This document shows positions 12,301-24,100 of a DNA stretch of 64,000 nucleotides, in pieces. This DNA is from Heteronotia binoei (Eukaryota), in contig NC_083229.1 in assembly GCF_032191835.1 (NCBI RefSeq), positions 992,001 through 1,056,000 on the forward strand, read 5' to 3'. Within the stretch, counting starts at the first letter, position 1; each line of letters opens with the position of its first letter. The notes beneath the pieces are model-generated. The model was given only the letters and a program-made list of their open reading frames with translations, was not told where the DNA came from and searched no databases. A program made the translations under genes and the position numbers.

Positions 12301-14340
12301 TGGCCACCCACCACTTCCCGGTGTCGGAGGCCGTGGTGCTCACGGTCATCGCCATCTACGTGGCGGGGCTGGCGCTGCCCCACAACACACACAGGTTCGT
12401 GGGGGGAGGGGGCTGTGGCTTCTCTTCCCCGGCAGAGGGCTGGGCTGGAGGCTCCAGACTTCCCTTGCATGGGGCTAGGAGGTGGGGTGCTGGGCTGGAC
12501 TCGCTGCGGGGAGCCCCTCTCTGGACCTGCTAAGCTGCCTTATGTGGACTCAGACCACCCGTCCCAGGCAGCCTGGCGGCGGCAGCTCTCTCTCCAGGGG
12601 CTCAGGCAGGCAGAGAAAGGTCTTTCCCTTCCCCTCCTGCCTGGTCCGTTTCACTGGGGATTGAATGAGGGACCTTCCGCAGGCCAAGCAGAGACAGCGC
12701 CCGTTCCCTCCGCCACCAGCAGGGGGAGGTGTGGCCGGTTGTGCCTGAAGCAGCGGGTGCTTGTGCCCTGCAGGGTCCTGACAGGCGCGGGAAGCGACCG
12801 TGGCTGGATGCTGCTGAAGCTGCTCTCCTTGCTGTACCTGGCCATGCAGCTGGGCTGCATCGCCCTCGTCAACTTCTCCCTGGGCTTCTTGCTGGCCGTC
12901 ACCATGGTGCCTGTGGCCGCCGCCGTCCAGCCCACCGGGCCCAAGTACGTGGGGGGAGGGATCATTCCGGTTCCTTTCAGCTTCTCCCTCCCCGAGCAGC
13001 AGCCTTAGGAGGAAGGGGGCAGGTGGAGGAGGAGGATTGGTGTGGCAGCCCCAGATGTTTTCCAAGGTCAGGGACATTCAGAGGTGGGCTGCCGTTACCT
13101 GCCTCTGCAGAGCAACCCTGGGCCTCCTTGGGGGTCTCCCACCCAAATCTGGCCCACCTCAGGCAGGGGGCTGGAATGAGAAGCCTGAGGGCTGAGAGAG
13201 AGGCCTTCTGCCCTCCAAGAGCTCTCTGGGCCAGTCTGGAGCTGCCCAGAAGGGTTCACTTTGCTGGACCCTCGAGAGTCCCTGCTCTCGGGGCCACACG
13301 TTGCGTTATTATTTGAGTTCAGAAACTCAGATTGTCTCTTCAGTTGTAGGGCAGATACTTGGTGAAAAAAACTAGTCTTGTAGAGGAGTTTTCGCAAAAG
13401 GAATATGTTCTGCCATTCTGTGGAGCCCCAGCCTCTTCCTACACCCGCCTGGAGCGGCAGCCTTGGAGATGATTTCCCTGAAGATATTTGGGTTTCTCGT
13501 TTTTGTTGCTGGACCCTCTGTATGGCAAAGCATTGAACTTATGAACATATGAAGCTGCCTTCTACTGAATCAGACCCTCCTGGGTCCATCAAAGTCAGTC
13601 TTGTCTACTGGCAGTGGCTCTCCAGGGTCTCCAGCTGAGGTTATTCACGCCTACTTGCCTGGACCCTTTTTAGTTGGAGATGCCAGGGCTTGAACCTGGG
13701 ACCTTCTGCTTATCAAGCAGATGCTCTATCACTGAGCCACCGTCCCTCCCCTAAAGGTTTTGGGAGATCCATTGTTCATATGAACATACGAAGCTGCCTT
13801 CTACTGAATCAGACCTTCCTTGGTCCATCAAATTCAGTCTTGTCTCCTCAGACTGGTAGTGGCTCTTTCTCCAGGGTCTCCAGCTGAGGTTTTTATGCCT
13901 ATTTGCCTGGACCCCTTTTAGTTGGAGATGCCGGGGATTGAACCAAGCAGATGCCCTGCCACTGAGCCACCGTCCCTCCCCATTGCAGATGAAAACGAAA
14001 GGGAGAGTGCCAGCCTTTTCCTATGGGGCGGTGTGGGGTGTGTGTGCATGCAGGGGATTGCGAACCCCACCCCATTTGTCTGCCTCTCCCCCGCAGGGCG
14101 CTGCAGGCTGCGCTGCTAGTGCTGGTGACTCCAGCTGCCACACTACTGTTCTGCATCTTCCTGTACCACGAGCTGATCGAGTACCCCATCTCCATGCTGG
14201 AGGGCTGGCAGCGGTTCCTGCAGGCCATTGCTGAGGGGCTCCTGGACCACCACCTCTATGGCTCCATCGTCTTCCCCTTCGTGGCGTTCTTTGTCTACCC
14301 CTGCTGGCTCTTGCTGTGGAATGTGCTCTTCTGGAAGTAG
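2884..14340 (+). CDS. GPAA1: GPI-anchor transamidase subunit GPAA1, 12 coding exons, ~617 aa
   Basis: Exons 2884-2957, 3048-3227, 4184-4295, 4435-4582, 6651-6752, 8253-8449, 8699-8895, 9066-9219, 10866-10949, 12204-12394, 12774-12944, 14097-14340 (sum 1854 nt, open frame). Peptides [77 protein letters not shown] match GPAA1. All introns are GT-AG except intron 8 (AT-AC). Confidence 0.97.
3310..3790 (+). mobile_element. Clustered CR1 3'-end fragments (GPAA1 intron 2)
   Basis: Three degenerate copies of ggggttggactagatgaccctggaggtcccttcc, the same family as the CYC1 intron array. Confidence 0.75.
4690..5055 (+). mobile_element. CR1 LINE 3' fragment heading the 67-bp array
   Basis: Degenerate SHNTRT.GHSMKL..FFTQRV end of CR1 ORF2 plus 3' UTR. 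Confidence 0.8.
5056..6580 (+). repeat. Tandem array (~23 copies) of the 67-bp CR1 3' terminus
   Basis: Unit gtgacacagagtgttggactggaggggccattggcctgatccaacagggcttctcttatgttcttat, with some 59-bp variants. Confidence 0.95.
7101..8245 (+). repeat. Squam3-like tRNA-derived SINE with an internal ~109-bp segment repeated ~9 times
   Basis: SINE head (agccagtttggtatagtggttaag..ggtttgattcc). gtccttgaaagggcagc recurs at 7328, 7437, 7546, 7656, 7765, 7875, 7984 and 8093. Confidence 0.9.
9220..10865 (+). other. U12-type (minor spliceosome) AT-AC intron 8 of GPAA1
   Basis: 5' end ATATCCTG after ..LVLK. Branch-like TCCCTTGAT at 10848-10856. Ends CCCAC, then in-frame ALDLWMKL. No GT-AG solution restores the protein. 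Confidence 0.93.
9823..10351. repeat. Long inverted repeat (arms 9823-10020 and 10153-10351), probably a foldback/MITE relic
   Basis: The reverse complement of the right arm aligns along the left arm at roughly 80-85% identity (by eye); 132-nt spacer. Confidence 0.88.
11350..11940 (-). mobile_element. CR1 LINE 3' fragment
   Basis: Minus ORF 11511-11777 [33 protein letters not shown], with tail aacatagaacataagag. Confidence 0.9.
13532..13982 (-). mobile_element. Two tandem Squam2-like tRNA-derived SINEs
   Basis: Reverse-strand head ggggagggacggtggctcagtg..ggttcaa, shared body, and (atatgttc) tail. Copies at ~13532-13751 and ~13772-13982. Confidence 0.8.
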
Positions 14341-14798
14341 CTCCCCCAGCCACAGGCTCTGCCCTTGAACCTGGCCTGCCCAGCTTGCCTGCACCCAGGG
14401 TGTGCCCATGGGGGTGGGAGGGCAGGCGTATGGACCACTGCTGAGTCTGCAGAGCAAAACGCTGTGGGCAGAGGGAAGCTGGAAAGAATGCCACCTGGCG
14501 CTCTGCCCTGGAAGGTGGGTGGGAAAAGTGGGGCACAGGAGGAAGGCCCTTGACGGGCAGAGGGGAGCCTGAAAGGGCAAGCCTTGACCAGGAGGGTGGG
14601 AGCAGGACCGCCTGTGTTCCAACAGGTGCTCTTGTGACGCGCACACCCCCTGGTTAGGGGGCCAGGGAGAGGCTGAGCTGTCTGGGGGGGCATGCACTGG
14701 TGCTGCATTCTGGTCTCAGGTGCTGCGGGGGGGGGGCTCTGTCATGCCCAGGCGGAAGAGGGTGTGTCATAGGTGGGCGGTTCAACCTTTGATATGAA

Positions 14799-14804
14799 AA
14801 TAAA
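14799..14804 (+). terminator. GPAA1 polyadenylation signal AATAAA
   Basis: First AATAAA ~460 nt after the stop codon. Confidence 0.6.
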
Positions 14805-15429
14805 GAGAGGTGATTGTGTGATGAGCCTTGCTTTCAGTTGAATTCCTCCTGAAGTTTCTATCCTGCCAGATAGCCGAATGCAGCCGCCAGCCCTTCCAGA
14901 TACTCCATGTAACAACAGCTGAATCCAGACTCTGTCTGACAAAGGGAGCTTTGACTCGCAAAAGCTCATCTCCCTCCCCCCCCCCCCCATCACGTTGGTT
15001 TCTGAGCTGCTCCTGGAGAATACCGAGGCAGATGGGTGGACGCTGGAGCAGACAAAATTCAAGCCCAGTCAGGCACCAGCAAAGTTTGATTCAGGGTATA
15101 AGCTTCAATGTGCAAGCACACTTCTTTCATCAGAAATGCTGGAACGCTTTTCTCAAGCCTTACTTAGGGGGGTGTTGCTGTCAGGAAGGGTCACTTAGAA
15201 CCAAGATGCAGAAGTGCTGGGGGCAGGGGGGGTGCAGCTGAGATTCACTTCAGCCTTCCAGGACCACCTTCAATGGGTGACTTCAAAGTGGCTGTTTTTC
15301 TGCAAAGGAATTTTAGAAACAGACAGGAATGAGAGATTGCAGAATTACAAGTTATTACAAGACTCAACAATGGAACCCCCTGGACTTTACAGAGATACCA
15401 GCTTTTTATATCACTACACATGCGGATAA

Positions 15430-16045
15430 GTCACTCAGTTTTCACTTATGCACAGAAATCAAACTTTGTTGGTCTTAAAGGTTCCACTTGAGTCAAACTT
15501 AATTCTCATATCTGTTGTTAATTTCTTTATTATCTGTGTACTGATTTACTGCTATTTACGTGCCTTACCTAATGTGTTGTTCCAATCTTAGCTGCATTTT
15601 TTGCTCAGTTAACTTAGGCAATTTAACTCTTATTAGCCCTTTGTGGCAACTAGTCCTCTATATGTAATATTTGAGGAAATCCGTTTCAATGAATCTAAAT
15701 GGGTCTCTCAATTCTAGCTTGTACCCAGAATTGAACTTATTTGACTTGTTGAGGCTACTGGACTCAAACCTCATTCTCACATCTGTTCGTTAACTCTTGT
15801 ATTTGTATTCCAATTTACCACCCTTCACAGATCTTTCTTGTACCAAAATCACCTATAGTCACCCAGTACTTACACATCTTGATTCTAAGTGGCCCTTTCT
15901 GTCGGCAACCCCCCACCCACCCCCTATAAGTTGGGGAAATCTTGTTGCAATGTATCTGAAGACGTGTGTGTGCACACACAAGCTTATACCATGAATAAAA
16001 CTCTGTTGGTCTTAACAGTGCTACTGCACTTGAACTTTGGTTCTG
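15430..16045. repeat. Decayed copies of a Penelope-like terminal repeat (also ~3800-3910, ~47850-47920, ~54140-54440)
   Basis: Recurring aactttgttggtcttaaaggt..actggactcaaac motif. Family assignment from memory. Confidence 0.45.
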
Positions 16046-16389
16046 CCCTTTAAGGCCCTCGCTGGCCAGGGACCCACATATCTTCAGGGCCGCATCTCTC
16101 ATTGTGCCTCTGGAAGAGTGTTGTGCTCTGGGAACAAAAACCACCTGGTGCTCCCCAGCCCAAGAGAAATCTGGCTGTCCTTGACTAGGCCCAGGGCCTT
16201 TTTAGCCCTGGCCCCTACCTAGTGGAACTCTTGAGAACATCTGTGTCTTGTGGGATTTACTACCTTTGCACAGGGCTTGCAAGCCAGAGATCTTCCACCA
16301 ATCATTTGGCTGAGGACAGTGCCGGTCTGGCACTCTCTTGCCCTCCCACACCCGCTGCACCGACTCCATACTAGGGGGCCTGTGGGAGC

Positions 16390-16680
16390 TGGAACTGAAG
16401 AAAAGGAGGAGATTGGATTTATGCCCTGCCCTTCACTGCATGAAGGAGTCTTGGAGCGACTTACAATCTCCTTTCCCTTCCCCTCCCCACAAAAGACACC
16501 CTGTGAGGTAGGTGGGGCTGAGAGAGTTCTGACAGAAACTGCTCTTGAGCAGAACAGCTCAGAGAACTTGTGGCTGACCCAAGGTCACTCCAGCAGGTGA
16601 ATGTGGAGGAGGAAGGGGGAATGAAACCGGATTCTCCCAGATAAGAGTCTGTGCCCTTAACCACTATGCCATACAGGCTC
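16390..16680 (-). mobile_element. Squam3-like SINE
   Basis: Reverse-strand copy of the SINE at 7101. Confidence 0.75.
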
Positions 16681-17599
16681 TGCCTGGAAGACTGGAAATT
16701 TTACCTGTCATCTTGGATACAGCATGATCCTGTGAATTCGGGGGGAGGTATTTGTGAGTTTCCTGCATCGTGTAGGAGGTTGGACGAGATGATCCTGGAG
16801 GTCCCTTCCCGCTCTAGGATTCTATGAATTTATAGTTGTCTTTAAGGATCTTAATGTTTCCTTGATTTCCACCATTTATTGTATTCTGTTGTTGCACACT
16901 GCTCTGGGCCCTACTTCAGGGAACAGCAACTTAGAAATAAAATTTAATAAATGTCTTTGTACTGCTGCAGACCAACAGACCTACCTACCCTGGGTGTCTT
17001 GGCAACACAATGGGAAACCACAGCTGGTGTGTTTGTAAACACACAGAAGAAATTGCTGTGCAATAATTCAAATATTCACTCACCCTTCTCCTCGGGTGTC
17101 AGCAGAGCCTGGCACAACCTCCCAAAGCGCAGCAGGGGCTCCCTCAGCTCCCTCTTCTCTTCCAAAAACGGCGGGGGGGGGGTTGCCTTCGTTTGCCTCC
17201 AAAGCCGGTCACCCCCATAGGGTTGCCAAGTCCAATTCAAGAAATATCTGGGGACTTTGGGGGTGGAGCCAGGAGACTTTGGGGGTGGAGCCAAGATCAA
17301 GGGTGTGACAAGCACAATTGAACTCCACAGGGAGTTCTGGCCATCACATTTAAAGGGACGGCACACCTTTTCAATTCCTCCCTTCCATAGGAAATAATGA
17401 AGGATAGGGGCACCTTCTTTCGGGGCTCATAGAATTGGACTCCCTTGTTCAATCCTTCTGAAACTTGGAGGGTGTTTTGAGGAGAGGCGCCTGATGCAAT
17501 GCTGCAAGTTGGGTATGCCTACTTCAAAAAACAGCCCCCAGCCCAGATACGTGCAGATCAATTCTCCATTGCATGCCTGGGCTCAGCACCCAGCAGACA

Positions 17600-18170
17600 T
17601 TTCCCTTCACGCCCCCAGGGCGGGGCTGAGGCATCCCCGGGCGCAGAGCCCCGCCCCCTCCCCGCGCGCGCGCTCGGGTGACGTCACGCGCCTCCCCGGA
17701 AGCCCGCCCCTTAACTTCCGCCGCGCAGTGCCTTGTGGGGGGCGTGGGGCGGCCGGGCTCCCCTCCAAGATGGCGGCGGCGGTGGCCTCAGCGGCGCGGA
17801 GCCTGGCGCGTGTCTCCCGGGGGGGCCTCCTGCTCCCGCCCCCGCCCCGAGGGCCCTGCCCGCGGGTAAGCCCCGCCCACGCCCCGCCCCGCCGCCCCCG
17901 GGCCCGCCCGCCCGCCTCCCTCCCGCCCCCCAAGGTCACCGCGCCCCCGGGGTCAGTGGAGGGAGGGGAGCGGAGGCGCCGCCCGGCTGCGGCAAAGAGG
18001 GGACACCGCCCGCCATGCCCCCCCCTCCTCTCTCCCGCGGCTGCCGCCTCATCCGGGGGCGCCTCCGATCGCCTGACCTTGAACTGGGCTCAGCCCCCCC
18101 CCCCCACACACACTCTTGGCGCGGCGGAAGCCCCGGGTCTCCGTGCATGCTCCCCGCTCGCCTGACAGCA
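17600..18170 (+). promoter_or_regulatory. CYC1 CpG-island promoter
   Basis: CRE palindrome TGACGTCA 17679-17686, ETS/GABP CCGGAAG 17696-17702, GC box 17704-17710, YY1-type CAAGATGGCGGC overlapping the ATG at 17770. Confidence 0.8.
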
Positions 18171-21100
18171 TCCCGTGAATGTACAGGGCGGAGGGGCTTG
18201 TGAGTTTCCTGCATCGTGCAGGGGCTGGACTAGATGACCCTGGAGGTCCCTTCCAACTCTAGGATTCTAGGCTAGATGGCCCTCTGACAGCAATGAAGAT
18301 CCTGTGAATTTAGGGGGAAGTGTTTGTGAGTTTCCTGCATTGTGCAGCGGATTGGACTAGATGACCCTGGAGGTCCCTTCCAACTGTAAGATTCTATGAT
18401 TTTCCTTCCTTGGAGGTTTTTCAACAGAGGCTAGATGGCCATCTGACAGCAATGAAGATCTGTGAATTTAGGGGGAAGTGTTTGTGAGTTTCCTGCATTG
18501 TGCAGCGGATTGGACTAGATGACCCTGGAGGTCCCTTCCAACTGTAAGATTCTATGATTTTCCTTCCTTGGAGGTTTTTCAACAGAGGCTAGATGGCCAT
18601 CTGACAGCAATGAAGATCCTGTGGATTTAGGGGGAGGGGTTTGTGAGTTTCCTGCCTGGTGCAGGGGGTTGGACTAGATGACCCTGGAGGTCCCTTCCAA
18701 CTCTAGGATTCTATGATTCTTCTTTGGAGGTTCTTCAACAGAGGCTAGATGGCCATCTGACAGCAATGAAGATCCTGTGGATTTAGGGGGAGGGGTTTGT
18801 GAGTTTCCTGCCTGGTGCAGGGGGTTGGACTAGATGACCCTGGAGGTCCCTTCCAACTCTAGGATTCTATGATTCTTCTTTGGAGGTTCTTCAACAGAGG
18901 CTAGATGGCCCTCTGACAGCAATGAAGATCCTGTGAATTTAGGGGGAGGGGTTGGTGAGTTTCCTGCATTGTGCAGGGGGTTGGACTAGATGACCCTGGA
19001 GGTCCCTTCCAACTCTAGGATTCTATGATTTTCCTTCCTTGGAGGTTTTTCAACAGAGGCTAGATGGCCATCTGACAGCAATGAAGATCTGTGAATTTAG
19101 GGGGAAGTGTTTGTGAGTTTCCTGCATTGTGCAGCGGATTGGACTAGATGACCCTGGAGGTCCCTTCCAACTGTAAGATTCTATGATTTTCCTTCCTTGG
19201 AGGTTTTTCAACAGAGGCTAGATGGCCATCTGACAGCAATGAAGATCCTGTGGATTTAGGGGGAGGGGTTTGTGAGTTTCCTGCCTGGTGCAGGGGGTTG
19301 GACTAGATGACCCTGGAGGTCCCTTCCAACTCTAGGATTCTATGATTCTTCTTTGGAGGTTCTTCAACAGAGGCTAGATGGCCATCTGACAGCAATGAAG
19401 ATCCTGTGGATTTAGGGGGAGGGGTTTGTGAGTTTCCTGCCTGGTGCAGGGGGTTGGACTAGATGACCCTGGAGGTCCCTTCCAACTCTAGGATTCTATG
19501 ATTCTTCTTTGGAGGTTCTTCAACAGAGGCTAGATGGCCATCTGACAGCAATGAAGATCCTGTGGATTTAGGGGGAGGGGTTTGTGAGTTTCCTGCCTGG
19601 TGCAGGGGGTTGGACTAGATGACCCTGGAGGTCCCTTCCAACTCTAGGATTCTATGATTCTTCTTTGGAGGTTCTTCAACAGAGGCTAGATGGCCATCTG
19701 ACAGCAATGAAGATCCTGTGGATTTAGGGGGAGGGGTTTGTGAGTTTCCTGCCTGGTGCAGGGGGTTGGACTAGATGACCCTGGAGGTCCCTTCCAACTC
19801 TAGGATTCTATGATTCTTCTTTGGAGGTTCTTCAACAGAGGCTAGATGGCCATCTGACAGCAATGAAGATCCTGTGGATTTAGGGGGAGGGGTTTGTGAG
19901 TTTCCTGCCTGGTGCAGGGGGTTGGACTAGATGACCCTGGAGGTCCCTTCCAACTCTAGGATTCTATAATTCTTCTTTGGAGGTTCTTCAACAGAGGCTA
20001 GATGGCCATCTGACAGCAATGAAGATCCTGTGGATTTAGGGGGAGGGGTTTGTGAGTTTCCTGCCTGGTGCAGGGGGTTGGACTAGATGACCCTGGAGGT
20101 CCCTTCCAACTCTAGGATTCTATGATTCTTCTTTGGAGGTTCTTCAACAGAGGCTAGATGGCCATCTGACAGCAATGAAGATCCTGTGGATTTAGGGGGA
20201 GGGGTTTGTGAGTTTCCTGCCTGGTGCAGGGGGTTGGACTAGATGACCCTGGAGGTCCCTTCCAACTCTAGGATTCTATGATTCTTCTTTGGAGGTTCTT
20301 CAACAGAGGCTAGATGGCCATCTGACAGCAATGAAGATCCTGTGGATTTAGGGGGAGGGGTTTGTGAGTTTCCTGCCTGGTGCAGGGGGTTGGACTAGAT
20401 GACCCTGGAGGTCCCTTCCAACTCTAGGATTCTATGATTCTTCTTTGGAGGTTCTTCAACAGAGGCTAGATGGCCATCTGACAGCAATGAAGATCCTGTG
20501 GATTTAGGGGGAGGGGTTTGTGAGTTTCCTGCCTGGTGCAGGGGGTTGGACTAGATGACCCTGGAGGTCCCTTCCAACTCTAGGATTCTATGATTCTTCT
20601 TTGGAGGTTCTTCAACAGAGGCTAGATGGCCATCTGACAGCAATGAAGATCCTGTGGATTTAGGGGGAGGGGTTTGTGAGTTTCCTGCCTGGTGCAGGGG
20701 GTTGGACTAGATGACCCTGGAGGTCCCTTCCAACTCTAGGATTCTATAATTCTTCTTTGGAGGTTCTTCAACAGAGGCTAGATGGCCATCTGACAGCAAT
20801 GAAGATCCTGTGGATTTAGGGGGAGGGGTTTGTGAGTTTCCTGCCTGGTGCAGGGGGTTGGACTAGATGACCCTGGAGGTCCCTTCCAACTCTAGGATTC
20901 TATGATTCTTCTTTGGAGGTTCTTCAACAGAGGCTAGATGGCCATCTGACAGCAATGAAGATCCTGTGAATTTAGGGGGAGGGGTTTGTGAGTTTCCTGC
21001 CTGGTGCAGGGGGTTGGACTAGATGACCCTGGAGGTCCCTTCCAACTCTAGGATTCTATGATTCTTCTTTGGAGGTTCTTCAACAGAGGCTAGATGGCCA

Positions 21101-24100
21101 TCTGACAGCAATGAAGATCCTGTGGATTTAGGGGGAGGGGTTTGTGAGTTTCCTGCCTGGTGCAGGGGGTTGGACTAGATGACCCTGGAGGTCCCTTCCA
21201 ACTCTAGGATTCTATGATTCTTCTTTGGAGGTTCTTCAACAGAGGCTAGATGGCCATCTGACAGCAATGAAGATCCTGTGGATTTAGGGGGAGGGGTTTG
21301 TGAGTTTCCTGCCTGGTGCAGGGGGTTGGACTAGATGACCCTGGAGGTCCCTTCCAACTCTAGGATTCTATGATTCTTCTTTGGAGGTTCTTCAACAGAG
21401 GCTAGATGGCCATCTGACAGCAATGAAGATCCTGTGAATTTAGGGGGAGGGGTTTGTGAGTTTCCTGCCTTGTGCAGGGGGTTGGACTAGATGACCCTGC
21501 AGGTCCCTTCCTACTCTAGGATTCCTGACAGAGCGATTCCTCAGTGGAACAGGCTTCCTCCTTGGGAGGTGGTGGGCTCTCCTTCCTTGGAGGTTTTTAA
21601 GCAGAGGCTGGATGGCCATCTGACAGCAATGAAGATCCTGTGAATTTAGGGGGAGGGGTTTGTGAGTTTCCTGCCTTGTGCAGGGGTTGGACTAGATGAC
21701 CCTGCAGGTCCCTTCCTACTCTAGGATTCCTGACAGAGCGATTCCTCAGTGGAACAGGCTTCCTTCTTGGGAGGTGGTGGGCTCTCCTTCCTTGGAGGTT
21801 TTTAAGCAGAGGCTGGATGGCCATCTGACAGCAATGAGGATCCTGTGAATTTAGGGGGAGGGGTTTGTGAGTTTCCTGCATTGTGCAGGGGGTTGGACTA
21901 GATGACCCTGGAGGTCCCTTCCAACTCTAGGATTCTAGGCTAGATGGCCCTCTGACAGCAATGAAGATCCTGTGAATTTAGGGGGAAGTGTTTGTGAGTT
22001 TCCTGCATTGTGCAGCAGATTGGACTAGATGACCCTGGAGGTCCCTTCCAACTGTAAGATTCTATGATTTTCCTTCCTTGGAGGTTTTTCAACAGAGGCT
22101 AGATGGCCATCTGACAGCAATGAAGATCCTGTGAATTTAGGGGGAGGGGTTTGTGAGTTTCCTGCCTTGTGCAGGGGTTGGACTAGATGACCCTGGAGGT
22201 CCCTTCCAACTCTAGGATTCTAGGCTAGATGGCCCTCTGACAGCAATGAAGATCCTGTGAATTTAGGGGGAAGTGTTTGTGAGTTTTCTGCATTGTGCAG
22301 CGGATTGGACTAGATGACCCTGGAGGTCCCTTCCGACTCTGATTCCTGACACTTAGAGCAGCTCCTCAGTGGAACAGGCTTCCTCCTTGGGAGATGGTGG
22401 ATGGGCTCTCCTTCCTTGGGGGGTTTTAAGCAGAGGCTAGATGGCCATCTGACAGCCATGAGGATCCTGTGCGTTTGGGGGGAGGGGTTTGTGAATTTTC
22501 TGCATCATGCAGGGGGCTGGACTAGATGACCCTGGAGGTCCCTTCCAACTCTAGGATTCTAGGTTTTTCAACAGAGGCTAATGGCCATCTGACAGCAATG
22601 AAGATCCTGTGAATTTAGGGAGAGGTGTCTGTGAGTTTCCTGCATGGTGCAGGGGGTCAGACTAGATGACCCTGGGGGTCCCTTCCAACTCTAGGATTTT
22701 AGGTTTTTAAGCAGAGGCTAGATGGCCATCTGACAGCAATGAGGATCCTGTGAATTTAGGTTTGTGAGTTTCCTGCATGGTGCAGGGGGTTGGACTAAAT
22801 GACCCTGGAGGTCCCTTCCAACTCTAGGATTCAAGGTTTTTCAAGAGAGGCTAGATGGCCACCTGACAGCAATGAAGATCCTGTGCATTTAGGGGGAGGG
22901 GTTTGTGAGTTTCCTGCATGGTGCAGGGGGTTGGACTAGATGACCTTTGAGGTCCCTTCCATATGATTCTATGACAGGTTCTCCAGTGGAACAGGCTTCC
23001 TCAGGAGGTGGTGGGTTCTCCTTCCTTGGAGATCTAGATGGCCACCTGACAGTGATGAAGATCCTGTGAATTTGGGGGGAGGTGTTTGTGAGTTTCCTGC
23101 ATTGTGCAGGGGGTTGGACTAGATGGCCTTGGAGGTCCCATCCAGCTCTTTGGGGATTCTGTGACTCCTGGTGAACTGGAGGCACCCCACCTCCTCCCCA
23201 GTTTTCTTTCGGCAGTGTTAGACTATAGCAGGGGTGGCCAAACTGCAGCTCAGAAGCCCTTACTGCCTTTTTGGCCAGCTTGGAGAAAGCATTTGTGTCT
23301 TAAAATCACTTCTCCAAGTCAAGCTTGAAGAATGCATGTAAATTTAAAAGTACTCTCTTTCCACCTCTCCCTCCCTCCCTCCTGTCTTGTGGCTCTCAAA
23401 CATCTGATGTTTATTCTATGTGGCTCTTATGGTAAGCAAGTTTCGCCACCCCTGGACTATAGGCTCTACCTCCCCACCCCCTCCCCATGCACAGCCTACC
23501 TTCTGCTGGCTTGGTTTTACCCAGGCTGGTGGCACAGCGCTTGAGGGAGAGGCTTCTGGGTCCCCCTCTGAAACCATTGAGGCTCCCGGAGCGCAGGGGA
23601 CAGGGAAGCTCTCCACAGCCCAGTGGTGGGAGGAGGACTCACTTGCCGGCTCTGGAGCCTTTCCCAGTGGCAGATGCCCCCACGGGTCAGAGGCCTGTTC
23701 CTTGTTTGGAGAGGGAGGGAGGGGGCACCTCTGTGGCTTGGCTCCACTTTGGGCTGCTGGCAAGGTGGCTTTGTTTTCCTCATTCAGGCAGCTCTCCACA
23801 TGCTAGATGCCTCCTTCCTTTACAGTTTTGATGGTAGGTGGGTTGGCAGTCTGGGAGGGTGGGGGTGCGGGCTACTGCAAAGGCCTCCATAGGTAGCTGG
23901 TGGAATCTCAGGCTCCTCCCTGCCCATCACACCTTCCTGCCTGCCCATGCTTGTATCACATCCAGTTGTCTTCTCTTCCAGGCTAACATGGCATCTCTGT
24001 CTAGTCTCTCCCGGGGCAGGAAGGTGGCCCTGACTACCTTGGGTGTGTTGACGGCAGGCGGAGCGGGCCTGGCCTTGGCCCTTCACACAGCAGTGAATGC

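Noticed and set aside
12395-12400. Non-canonical donor at GPAA1 exon 10 (GTTCGT)
   Set aside because: Still a GT donor with the frame preserved; weak but ordinary.
18590-21520. G-quadruplex array
   Set aside because: Each unit has only three long G-runs, with one long loop; not convincing without experiment.
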